Of a stretch of DNA of 64,000 nucleotides, positions 55,289 through 64,000 are shown one piece after another. The position numbers and the translations under genes are program-made. Position 1 is the stretch's first letter. Every line of letters begins with the position of its first letter. The notes under the pieces were generated by a model. That model ran no database searches. It was given only the letters and a program-made list of their open reading frames with translations, and was not told the DNA's origin. The stretch is from the IMG/VR virus record IMGVR_UViG_3300031994_000001, positions 247,799 through 311,798 of that record, one strand, 5' to 3'. The DNA is from a virus (taxonomy: Duplodnaviria > Heunggongvirae > Uroviricota > Caudoviricetes).

Positions 55289-56905
55289 TTATAATATTGT
55301 GTTTTTCGTTATCGTTATAATCGTTCCGTCATTGAGTTTTATTGTGTCACCCACATTGGCGAGATAATCAATAACTATCGTTCTGCCGTCAGCGAGTTTG
55401 AGTGTTGTATTACCCGTGTCAATGTCGTATTCAGTACCGCTGTCAATATCGTATTCAGTACCCCAATCAATATCGCTTTCTTCCGCGTCTTTCATAAATT
55501 CGGCGATAAGTTCGTCATCGTCATAGCCCGAATCTTCAACTATATCCTCTTCTTTTAGATAATAGTAGTGTTTGCCCGAACTGTCCGTATATGAACCTCC
55601 GTTCTTTTCATAGCCGCCAACCCAATAACTTTTCTTTGTCTGACCATCCTCAACGTATGTCCTGCCGTAACCTTTCCTGCAATAACACTTATATCCTTTG
55701 ACCTTGACCTCATAATTAACATAGTCAACGTCAAGGTCGGCATACATATAGCCCGCAAGTTTGGTCTCGCCCTCGGTTTTCGGCTTGATATGTTCGAGAT
55801 ACCATTTCTGCCGTCTGCGCAAACTCTTGACCGCTTTCTTGAACTGTTTGTCGGCTTCGCCTTTCTGCGCCTCGAATTTGTCAACCATATTCTTAAACGC
55901 GGAAATGAGGTCTTTTATTGAAAATCCGATTGCTGTCGCTATGGCGATTATCTCCTTTATGTAATTGGCGATTTTCATAATATCGCTCATCACCTTTTTG
56001 AAATCCTCCATAAACACCGTCACCTTGTAGCCTGGGTTCGGTATCCCCGCAGCAGCACCCGTGACTATGACATCGGGATTCGGTATCTTCGCCACCAAGG
56101 TAGCCATATCAACAACAAGTTCCTTGAAAGATTCGGTAAAGTTGTCAAACACTCTGTCTATCTTATCACATTCAGCCTCAACAAACTTGTCACCCTCACC
56201 CGTTGTGAAATAATCCTTGACCGCCTGCCAAGCGTCCTTTACCATCTTAACGGTATCTTTGAACAACTTGACTGTATCGTCAACGAATTTGCGCAATTTG
56301 GCGACTTCCTTATTCACATAATCCGTGTATTGCTTAACCAAACCAAGTTTCTGCGCTTCCATCATAACGGATTTCATTTTAGCCTTTTTAGACTCCGTTG
56401 CATCTTCCGCTTCCTTGCTGACCTTTGCCTTCATATCGGCATCAATCTTCTTGAACTTCTGTTTCACGGTATCAATGCCCGATTCTTCTTTGGCATCGGC
56501 AAGGACTGTATGGTATTCTTCTTCAAGCGAATGCTTCTCGTGTATCATTTCAGACAATTCCTCATTGTCGGAATTATAGTCAAGTTTTCCGACACGGGCT
56601 TCCGCTATCTTTGTATTGAGTTCATCTATCTGCGGTTGATATTTCTCACGAGCCTTTGTAACGAGGTCATTGTATTTTGTCAACGCCTCGGTGTATTCAT
56701 CTGTGTATAAACTGTTGCTTCCGACCTTGCCCGATTTCTCCTTCAGTTTGTACAACTCCTCGGCAAGTGCCTGCGTATCGGGCATAGGAGGCATCTCAAA
56801 ATTAGGCAACTGCGGCATCTGCGGCAGTTTCAATCCCAATTTATCAATGTATTTTACTATAAGCAAACCCTTTATCGCAGGTCTGAACGGTGTAGTTAGT
56901 GCCAT
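55289..56905 (-). CDS. Large helical/coiled-coil putative structural protein
   Basis: 538 aa in late minus-strand block. Confidence 0.6.
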   Translation of the reverse strand: MALTTPFRPAIKGLLIVKYIDKLGLKLPQMPQLPNFEMPPMPDTQALAEELYKLKEKSGKVGSNSLYTDEYTEALTKYNDLVTKAREKYQPQIDELNTKIAEARVGKLDYNSDNEELSEMIHEKHSLEEEYHTVLADAKEESGIDTVKQKFKKIDADMKAKVSKEAEDATESKKAKMKSVMMEAQKLGLVKQYTDYVNKEVAKLRKFVDDTVKLFKDTVKMVKDAWQAVKDYFTTGEGDKFVEAECDKIDRVFDNFTESFKELVVDMATLVAKIPNPDVIVTGAAAGIPNPGYKVTVFMEDFKKVMSDIMKIANYIKEIIAIATAIGFSIKDLISAFKNMVDKFEAQKGEADKQFKKAVKSLRRRQKWYLEHIKPKTEGETKLAGYMYADLDVDYVNYEVKVKGYKCYCRKGYGRTYVEDGQTKKSYWVGGYEKNGGSYTDSSGKHYYYLKEEDIVEDSGYDDDELIAEFMKDAEESDIDWGTEYDIDSGTEYDIDTGNTTLKLADGRTIVIDYLANVGDTIKLNDGTIITITKNTIL

Positions 56906-56929
56906 ATTGTGTAAAGTTTATGGATTATA

Positions 56930-58687
56930 TTACAGTTTTCCAAGTGTTTTTACTGGTCCGCTCGGTGAATTTTTCGGATTCTGTTCCAATCTACCAAGTG
57001 TCTTTGTGGGTTGTTGCGGTGCGCCTTGGTTCAATTCCAAACCGCCGAGTGTCTTGGTCGGTGCTTGGTTTCCACCCGCATTGAGTTCAACGCCCCCAAG
57101 CGTCTTTGTGGAAGAATTGCTCTTTTTCTCAACCAACTCAACACCACCGAGATTCTTCGCAGGCGTTTGATTTCCGCCTGCATTCAACTCAACGCCGCCG
57201 AGTGTCTTTGTGGAAGAATTGTCTTTCCGTTCATTCAGTTCAACGTTACCGAGAGAACCGCTGTTCGCAGGCTGCGGCGGACGCTCCCCGCGAGTTGTCG
57301 GATTCAAATCCGTGTTTCCGAGAACTTTTGTCTCGCCGCCGTTGTTGTCACCAAAACGCTCCCTTGCATAGTCGTCAATCTTTTCCATAACATATTCCTT
57401 GCCGCGTGAGATATACGGGCTTGCGAGCGCGTGGAGACCTCCGTTTGATATTGACGAAACCATATTGGCAACCATACCCGCCCAACTTTCGTCATAGACG
57501 TTTCCCATTTGTGTGCCAGAGGTGAGGTAGTTGAACACCATAGCACCCGCCTTTTTCAAGAATCCGCCTATGTTAAGCGTATCTTCGTATGCGTTACCGA
57601 ACACCTCATCCTCGGAATATGTAAATTCAGCCCCCGCATTGTCTATATAATTATCGTAATCAGCATCACTTTCACTCTTCCCGACACCGTTCAACGCACT
57701 TATGTCAAGGGTGTCGTAATATGCTCGATGAGCGTTTTCAGCGTCATATTCAAGGAAGTCGGCAAGTGAAGCGACCGATATCTGCAAGTCGGCATAGTTG
57801 AATGTGAAATCAAACTTTGTCTCGTTCACCTCATTGTTGACCGTTGTCGAAAACGATTGACCGCACTCGTCAATGTCAATGGTACAATCCTTGAAAACGA
57901 ACAGCACAGTTGACATATTGGCAACAACATCGCTGTTGGCAGCGGCGTTCATTTTTTCCTCCGTTGTCAGACCTGGGGGTATGATATTCCTCAAATCGTG
58001 CAAAAGAATGTAACAGTTGAACCTTATGAGATTATGCGGTATGTTCATTCTTCTGTACTTGTGGCTGAACACAGCGTTGTAATATGCGTCAAACAACGCG
58101 GTCATACGCAAATCCATAGATTCAAGGCAGGTAATCTTTATCTTGTTGTCTGTCGCGCCGAGAAAAGAATCCTTCTTGTTTGTATAGTATTTCTTATAGG
58201 CATCTTGCAAACCTTCAACCGTTTGGAATGTATATTGGTGAGCCTTGCAGATTTCCCAAAAGCCGTAAACGAAACTGTAAAGATTTGCGTATTCTTCGGG
58301 AAACAACATATTGGTGGCGGTGACATTGTTGTACTTTTCCGTAAATGCGTTTTTGTTCAACTTAACGTCCTCGTCAGTCATACCGCCGCCGTCCATACTT
58401 GAATCACCCTTTACGCAAGATTCAAGGTAATTCAACGCGCCATACTGTCTGTCAGTCTCAAAGTCATAGTAATTGTAACCGTCACTCTCTTTCGTGGCGA
58501 ACAAACCCGATGGTTCGGGAACAATACCGAACACGAATGCCAAATGGCTTGGGTCATCCATTCCATTGACAATCTTGTTGTATCCCTTTAATGCAGAAAC
58601 ATATCTTCCACCCAAAAGGAATTTAGACACACTTGTCTTATATGTGTTCCTTCCACTCTGACGATATTTGTTCGATTCCACTAACAT
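56930..58687 (-). CDS. Putative structural protein with C-terminal ~17-aa repeats (TKTLGGVEL)
   Basis: 585 aa; repeats read directly. Confidence 0.65.
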   Translation of the reverse strand: MLVESNKYRQSGRNTYKTSVSKFLLGGRYVSALKGYNKIVNGMDDPSHLAFVFGIVPEPSGLFATKESDGYNYYDFETDRQYGALNYLESCVKGDSSMDGGGMTDEDVKLNKNAFTEKYNNVTATNMLFPEEYANLYSFVYGFWEICKAHQYTFQTVEGLQDAYKKYYTNKKDSFLGATDNKIKITCLESMDLRMTALFDAYYNAVFSHKYRRMNIPHNLIRFNCYILLHDLRNIIPPGLTTEEKMNAAANSDVVANMSTVLFVFKDCTIDIDECGQSFSTTVNNEVNETKFDFTFNYADLQISVASLADFLEYDAENAHRAYYDTLDISALNGVGKSESDADYDNYIDNAGAEFTYSEDEVFGNAYEDTLNIGGFLKKAGAMVFNYLTSGTQMGNVYDESWAGMVANMVSSISNGGLHALASPYISRGKEYVMEKIDDYARERFGDNNGGETKVLGNTDLNPTTRGERPPQPANSGSLGNVELNERKDNSSTKTLGGVELNAGGNQTPAKNLGGVELVEKKSNSSTKTLGGVELNAGGNQAPTKTLGGLELNQGAPQQPTKTLGRLEQNPKNSPSGPVKTLGKL

Positions 58688-60146
58688 TCTTGATGGCGTT
58701 GTTTTTCATAAATGCCTCAACCGCATTGTTGTCAAATACATCGTGTATGCGTTTGAGCATTTCATTTTCTTTATCTTTGTATTTATATTCTTTATATTTG
58801 CCATCAAGTGACATATTGTTGTAAGTCATACCCAAAGAGCAACAATATTTGTAGTAGTCGTAAAAACCGTCAATGAGAGGCTTCAGATTCCTGCGCTTCA
58901 CTTCGCAGGTCGTTTTCTCTATACCAAGTTTTCTTTTGTAATTGGAAACGCTTTGCGGGGTAACACCGATAACATCGGCAATAACACGATTGAACTTCGC
59001 CGTGTTTCTCACATAAATCGGATTGTCGTGGATAAAATTCGCCATAATGAGCATATTCTTGAACTCCTTGTATTTGCGCTGCGCTATTGAGTTGTCAAGT
59101 TGCTGCTGTGTGTATGGTTGGTATGTGAGGTCGGGGTCATAGGTTTCGACCGCATTGTCGTATGCCGACTTGAAGTCACGCTCAAATTCCTCATCGGTAT
59201 ATGGCTCTGATTTGTTCAGTTTCTTTCTGTACTCGTCCAAACGCGCATAAGCAATCTCCCTGCATTTGTCATAGGATATTTCACCGTTGTACTCACGCAA
59301 AATCGTGTATGCGCACTCCCTTGTGAATTTGTTTCGGCTCTTGCACATAAGCAAGTCGTCCTCTATGTTCACGGAAGAACGGGAATCGGCTATCTTACCC
59401 AACTCCGTTTTCTTCCTTTTACGAAGTTTCAAGTCTGAAATGAATGTGCCAATGTCATTGTATTGCCTGCACAAATTACCCAAATCATACAGTTCGGCAA
59501 TTTCGCTATCTGAACATCTGTTGATTACGGTCGTCAAATTATTGTATATGTCCTCGAACCCGTATGACAGTACTTTCGGGGGCATAGTATCAACCCAACC
59601 GTTGCCGACACTCCAATATGACTTGAAGTCGGAACTGTTGTAAAAGACATTCTTGATATGCCAACCCGTAAACTGCGAATCCCCGTTCATAAGAATCCGA
59701 AGCAATTTTATTGCGTTGAGGTACATTCTGTGAAACTCTGTCGGTTTCATTTTCACATCGCTGCCGCGACCCTCTCGTTTCTTCACAATAACGCCCTCTT
59801 TCAAAAACCAATACAATTGGATATGGTTGTTCGCCCTATGCACTTGATAAGCACTCGGCAACGGAAGCCCGATTATAATGCAGATGTCGGCTACATTGTC
59901 AATAATCTCACTCGGAGACGCATTCGGACAGTTGTCAACGTCAACGACAAGAACATCCCGTATGTAGTGATTCCTCCCCGTTGTGACTTGCAGATAATCC
60001 CTCAAATCGGAACGCAATATGTCAACATAGGATTTGTTTGAATCCTTGACAACATAATAAGTGCGCTTGTCGTTCTTTCCACGAGCGACATCCATACACC
60101 TGCTGTATAAGCCGTACCTGCGGCTCTTTGACAATTTAGCACCCAT
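58638..60146 (-). CDS. Plasmid-replicase-like (ColE2 Rep / AEP primase) protein with PriCT-like and HTH regions
   Basis: VLVVDVD, LPLP, NNHIQLYW.L, GDSQFTG..IKN, SRN, IADVIGVTPQSVSNY. Confidence 0.65.
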   Translation of the reverse strand: MGAKLSKSRRYGLYSRCMDVARGKNDKRTYYVVKDSNKSYVDILRSDLRDYLQVTTGRNHYIRDVLVVDVDNCPNASPSEIIDNVADICIIIGLPLPSAYQVHRANNHIQLYWFLKEGVIVKKREGRGSDVKMKPTEFHRMYLNAIKLLRILMNGDSQFTGWHIKNVFYNSSDFKSYWSVGNGWVDTMPPKVLSYGFEDIYNNLTTVINRCSDSEIAELYDLGNLCRQYNDIGTFISDLKLRKRKKTELGKIADSRSSVNIEDDLLMCKSRNKFTRECAYTILREYNGEISYDKCREIAYARLDEYRKKLNKSEPYTDEEFERDFKSAYDNAVETYDPDLTYQPYTQQQLDNSIAQRKYKEFKNMLIMANFIHDNPIYVRNTAKFNRVIADVIGVTPQSVSNYKRKLGIEKTTCEVKRRNLKPLIDGFYDYYKYCCSLGMTYNNMSLDGKYKEYKYKDKENEMLKRIHDVFDNNAVEAFMKNNAIKNVSGIEQISSEWKEHI

Positions 60147-60388
60147 TACACTTGATTTATGTAAACCCCCGTCTCTTTTGTTTTAAGTATATACGCAGTC
60201 TCCGTCATAGGAAACGCGCCGAAGGTTTCCTCGGTCGCAAGACTTGTGATTACATAACGGTTATTGTCGGCATCACATTGGACAACACAGTTCTCGAATG
60301 TGAAACGCAACACCATATTGTAGGTGTAAACCTTGACAATGCTCCGCATATTGGCATCGCCCGTATTTCTATCTTCAAATAATACCAT
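60146..60388 (-). CDS. Hypothetical protein
   Basis: 80 aa, TAATG overlap with next gene. Confidence 0.65.
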   Translation of the reverse strand: MVLFEDRNTGDANMRSIVKVYTYNMVLRFTFENCVVQCDADNNRYVITSLATEETFGAFPMTETAYILKTKETGVYINQV

Positions 60389-60395
60389 ATCCTAT

Positions 60396-61052
60396 TTATA
60401 TTTTTCTAATGACATAATTGATGTCGAACCTAATGAGTTTCATTATGGTTTCAGCATCCTTGTTCAAATGTATAGTGACATTCCCTTCGTCATCAATCGA
60501 AGACGTGACTGAAGGTTTCAACGCAGGAACGTCAATGTCGTATGCAGGGTGATAATATTTGTTGTCATCGTCAAATGTGAATATATCTTTGTAACCACAC
60601 AGTTCACTATGAACAACTTGCATTTCCTGCATAACATAAGTTTCGAGTTCGGCAGCGTTGTACTGCGAATGAATATAATCGTATATTCTTTCGAACATAC
60701 GAAGCGAAAGCCTGCTTGCAAATTCCTCGTATGCCGTACTTCTGCGATACAGTTCAGCCAACTGCGTCTGCATCTCCACAAGTCTCCTATCGGTCAACTT
60801 AAATTGCTTTACAAACGCCATTTCGGGCATCATTTCCCCATAGCAATATAGGCAATATGACTTGGTTTCATTTGTGACGCGGGCAGTAAGCCAACCGTCA
60901 CCTGCGCAAACGCCTTCGAGATTCTTTAACGGAATTGTCTTATATGTGATTGCGTGAGGAACATTCTGCTCGTCAAGATAGTAAAAGACACTCCAATCGG
61001 CATAGCGACCTTCGTTAATACCATAATCGAAAAAAACCAAATTTGATTCCAT
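60396..61052 (-). CDS. Hypothetical protein
   Basis: 218 aa ORF. Confidence 0.7.
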   Translation of the reverse strand: MESNLVFFDYGINEGRYADWSVFYYLDEQNVPHAITYKTIPLKNLEGVCAGDGWLTARVTNETKSYCLYCYGEMMPEMAFVKQFKLTDRRLVEMQTQLAELYRRSTAYEEFASRLSLRMFERIYDYIHSQYNAAELETYVMQEMQVVHSELCGYKDIFTFDDDNKYYHPAYDIDVPALKPSVTSSIDDEGNVTIHLNKDAETIMKLIRFDINYVIRKI

Positions 61053-61222
61053 TATAAATAAATTACTTTTTTGGTGTTAGTTAAGATTTTTCTTTTCTAT
61101 TCTTCCATTTTTCTACAATCCGCAAGGTGAGTCAGAAAAAAGACCGAGCAACGCCCGCGTCCCCGAAACCCCCTCAAATTGTTGTTTCAACTTCGGTTGT
61201 CACGGCAGAGGGGGTGGGGCGG

Positions 61223-61399
61223 TCAAACTGTCAAAATCACTTCTGACGCGCTTTTTTCCGCCAAATGCCTTTCGACTTTACTTTTACACAAAGCCTTACG
61301 TATTTGTTCATTGGCTTTTTCCAATGCTTTCGGGTCAACCTCCCTAACCTTATCCTTATGTTCAGCAGCATATTGCCTCAATGATTTTATGTGTTTCAT
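61223..61399 (-). CDS. Small basic protein (58 aa, [10 protein letters not shown]...; below ORF cutoff)
   Basis: ATGA overlap with gp46 stop; open to TGA at 61223-61225. Confidence 0.55.
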   Translation of the reverse strand: MKHIKSLRQYAAEHKDKVREVDPKALEKANEQIRKALCKSKVERHLAEKSASEVILTV

Positions 61400-63036
61400 A
61401 TTTCTACAAAATGTGAAAAACCGTTGCTCTTTTCAATCTCTATCGTTTTGTCAACAAAGGACGAATCCAACACGGCGTGGTGGACTATATACATATTGAT
61501 TCCGTTGTCCTTTGAAAACCCGTTAAATATCTTCAGCAATTCATTGCAACTCGCAACATCAATTCCCGACAGCACCTCGTCCAAGAACAGAACATTTATG
61601 TCCGAAATTTTGGTCTTGATTATGTGCAGGAAAGCAAGTGTGACGGCAATGTCAATTTTCTTACGCTCACCCGTTGAAAGACACTTGTACTTAACGACCT
61701 CGCCGAGATAGAAAATGGTACAGTCGTATGTGTTGTCAAACACGATTCGGTAGTTGATTCCGACTTTCTCACAGATGTCAATTATACTGCTGTTTATATA
61801 AGGGACATATATATCAGATATGTACTGTTTCAGCCCCTTTTCCGAAAAGATGTTCAGCACTATTTCAAGCAACTGCTTCTTTCCGCCGAGGGTTCTCAAA
61901 TTTTCAAGAAGCGGACGTTTCTTTTCCTCAATATCGGAAATGAGTTTGCGCATATCTGCGGCAACCTCATCGTTCTTATTTTTCTCCGCGTTGATTTTGG
62001 TTTCCAACGAACCTTTCCTCACTTTGAGATTGGTTATCTCCGTCACCTGCCTGCTTTTTGTCCTATTGACATCCTGCCATTTCTTGACAGCCTCGTCTTT
62101 CTTCGCGGACACTTCCCTTTCCGCCTTGACCGCCTCATTCAGTTTTTTCTCCAAGTCGTCCATCTCGTGAACGTGTTTGTCGTCCGTCAAGTCAGAACCG
62201 CAAGTGGGGCATTTGCCTTTTTTCAGAAGGTCTATCTTTTTGCGGAGCGCGGGCATATCGCTCGTAACATTCGCATACTCAACACTGTATTCGTTGACTT
62301 CCTTGTTATACTGTTCGACCAACGCGCTATTTTCCTTGTACGACTTGGCTGTCTCAACAAGGAGTTTATTGGTTTCCTCAAGTTCAGCCTCCATAGCAGA
62401 AGTGTCAACCTGCTCGTTTTCCAACTTTGAGATTTTGCCTTTGATTGACTCTATCGAAGTGTCATATCCGTCAATGGTTGTGTTGGCATCCAATATAGCA
62501 GTCTTGACCTCTTTCAGTTTTTCCTTTACCTTGAATGCCGCCGAGTTGATTACCGTGTAACCGAATATGCGGTCTATAATTTCCCTCTTTTCGGCAGGCG
62601 TAAGTTTTACAAACGACTTGAACACATTGACTGACAATATGATAGAGTTCTTGAAGATATTGTATTGCATTTTGAACACCTCATCTTCAAGATATTTCTG
62701 CACATTGCTTTTGCCCGCCGTGTTGAGTTCCTTTCCGTCAACAAACGCCTCGAACAGATTGGGTGACAACCCTCTGTGTATGAACACGTGTTTGCCGTCA
62801 CAATCCAAATCAATCTCACCCTCAAAGTGCTTGTTCACTCGGTTCGGTATATCACTCTGCGTGAAGTCGTCAAGTTGACCGTAGAGCATATAGATAATAA
62901 AATTGGCAATGCTCGTCTTGCCAGCCCCGTTCTGACCGCAGATGAGGTTCAATCCGCTGTCGGTATCAAAGGACATTTCATTCCAAGCATTGCCCCAACT
63001 TGTAAAGTTGCGCCACCTAATTCTGTTAATCTTCAT
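61396..63036 (-). CDS. Recombination endonuclease ATPase subunit (T4 gp46 / SbcC / Rad50-like)
   Basis: GQNGAGKT, coiled coil with CPTC hook, LSTGE, LFLDE, H-loop. Confidence 0.92.
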   Translation of the reverse strand: MKINRIRWRNFTSWGNAWNEMSFDTDSGLNLICGQNGAGKTSIANFIIYMLYGQLDDFTQSDIPNRVNKHFEGEIDLDCDGKHVFIHRGLSPNLFEAFVDGKELNTAGKSNVQKYLEDEVFKMQYNIFKNSIILSVNVFKSFVKLTPAEKREIIDRIFGYTVINSAAFKVKEKLKEVKTAILDANTTIDGYDTSIESIKGKISKLENEQVDTSAMEAELEETNKLLVETAKSYKENSALVEQYNKEVNEYSVEYANVTSDMPALRKKIDLLKKGKCPTCGSDLTDDKHVHEMDDLEKKLNEAVKAEREVSAKKDEAVKKWQDVNRTKSRQVTEITNLKVRKGSLETKINAEKNKNDEVAADMRKLISDIEEKKRPLLENLRTLGGKKQLLEIVLNIFSEKGLKQYISDIYVPYINSSIIDICEKVGINYRIVFDNTYDCTIFYLGEVVKYKCLSTGERKKIDIAVTLAFLHIIKTKISDINVLFLDEVLSGIDVASCNELLKIFNGFSKDNGINMYIVHHAVLDSSFVDKTIEIEKSNGFSHFVEI

Positions 63037-63262
63037 TGTTCACAACGACCTTTTTTCTGTAAACGATTCTTCCGTTGGTCAAGTCGTACACGCTCATTTC
63101 CACCGTCACCTCGTCACCGACCAAAATCCGTATGTTATGGCTTCGGATTTTGCCGCCGAGGTAAGCAGTGATTTCGTGTCCGTTGTCAAGGGCAACCTTG
63201 TACTTGCCGTTGCTCAAATCCTGCAAGACAACACCTTCGGACTTAATCAATCCTTGTTTCAT
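63026..63262 (-). CDS. infA: Translation initiation factor IF-1
   Basis: EGVV...[22 protein letters not shown]...[24 protein letters not shown]. Confidence 0.93.
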   Translation of the reverse strand: MKQGLIKSEGVVLQDLSNGKYKVALDNGHEITAYLGGKIRSHNIRILVGDEVTVEMSVYDLTNGRIVYRKKVVVNNED

Positions 63263-63900
63263 ATTTTCCTTATATTTTCCTTATTTTTCTTCAATTTGTC
63301 ACGCCACTCATAAAGGTTGAGCGCGTGTTTCAGCAACATAACGACAGCCTCATTGTCCGCGTGCAACCCAGCCTTTAGGTTTGATTCAAACGCTTCCAAC
63401 GCCTCGTCAATCGTACAATTTAATGTATCGGGGCAGGTTCTTACCGCCATTGGAACTGAATCATCACAATCGGCTGCATCGTCTTCCGTGTAAACACATT
63501 CGGGGACATACATATTCGCCTCCCAACGGGTGATGAGTTCCTTAATATATATGAATATGTGCGGACTGCTGTTTCCGAACCTATTCATAACATAGGTTAT
63601 GGAATTTTCAAGGTGCGGGCTATTCATCCTGCAAATAGGAATCCAAATGCGGTGTCCGTCTTTGTCAAATGTACCCCTGCGGATTGAAGTGCGTATCTCT
63701 GCAAACGGGCTGTCCGTATAGACGCACATATCCTTCATTTTCTCCTTGTTGTCAGAGATTCTGATATACTCATTGCCGCCGTCAACAAAATAGTCGTCAC
63801 CGTTCTTATCCGTATGCTGCACGTAGTCGTGCGTGTAGTACGAAGTCAGAACCGTGCCATCGGGGGTCTGCCATCTGTTGAGCAAAAGTTTTCTTTCCAT
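63259..63900 (-). CDS. Conserved-looking phage hypothetical protein (TPDGT.L.S...HDY...VDGG.EY)
   Basis: 213 aa ORF. Confidence 0.7.
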   Translation of the reverse strand: MERKLLLNRWQTPDGTVLTSYYTHDYVQHTDKNGDDYFVDGGNEYIRISDNKEKMKDMCVYTDSPFAEIRTSIRRGTFDKDGHRIWIPICRMNSPHLENSITYVMNRFGNSSPHIFIYIKELITRWEANMYVPECVYTEDDAADCDDSVPMAVRTCPDTLNCTIDEALEAFESNLKAGLHADNEAVVMLLKHALNLYEWRDKLKKNKENIRKI

Positions 63901-64000
63901 TATTCTTCCTCCACTTGTTCATATTGGACATCGCCGTATGCCATATCCTTGATACGCAGGTTTTCCGACACGGCTATCGAATCCATATCCTCGTCATTTA
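63900..64000 (-). CDS. 3' end of hypothetical protein (partial)
   Basis: Open frame from window edge ending TAA overlapping next ATG. Confidence 0.5.
   Translation of the reverse strand, partial: NDEDMDSIAVSENLRIKDMAYGDVQYEQVEEE

Noticed and set aside
1-64000. tRNA or rRNA genes
   Set aside because: No cloverleaf or rRNA-like sequence noticed in the short intergenic gaps; tRNAscan was not run

Overview
64 kb segment of a T4-superfamily-like jumbo myophage, most likely infecting a Bacteroidota host (TAnnTTTG host-sigma promoters, no obvious Shine-Dalgarno sequences, standard genetic code). 0-14.5 kb is a tandem array of 22 paralogous small genes (plus one orphan 3' fragment and one distal copy at 25.7 kb). 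They are built from three constant blocks (DLCARLPYG / KPYLRPMSSMT / DWLNAHHFDYRGLIEKGLALEAPEGMY) flanking two hypervariable segments, with unrelated cargo genes (including coaD) interleaved and visible recombination scars. The rest holds virion/morphogenesis genes (prohead protease-scaffold fusion with 14-aa repeats, many proteins with capsid-targeting-like N-termini behind TATAAATA late promoters) and replication genes (family B polymerase split into two genes in swapped order; gp41/DnaB helicase C-half starting with an atypically split intein C-fragment; ColE2-like Rep primase; gp46/SbcC). It also carries lysis genes and auxiliary metabolism (pncA-pncB-Nudix-metK, nrdG, RimK, IF-1, DNA methyltransferase). 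Also seen: a serine recombinase flanked by 19-bp direct repeats, and three early promoters with tandem DnaA-box-like repeats at fixed spacing. All calls are from motif recognition by eye; no searches were run.
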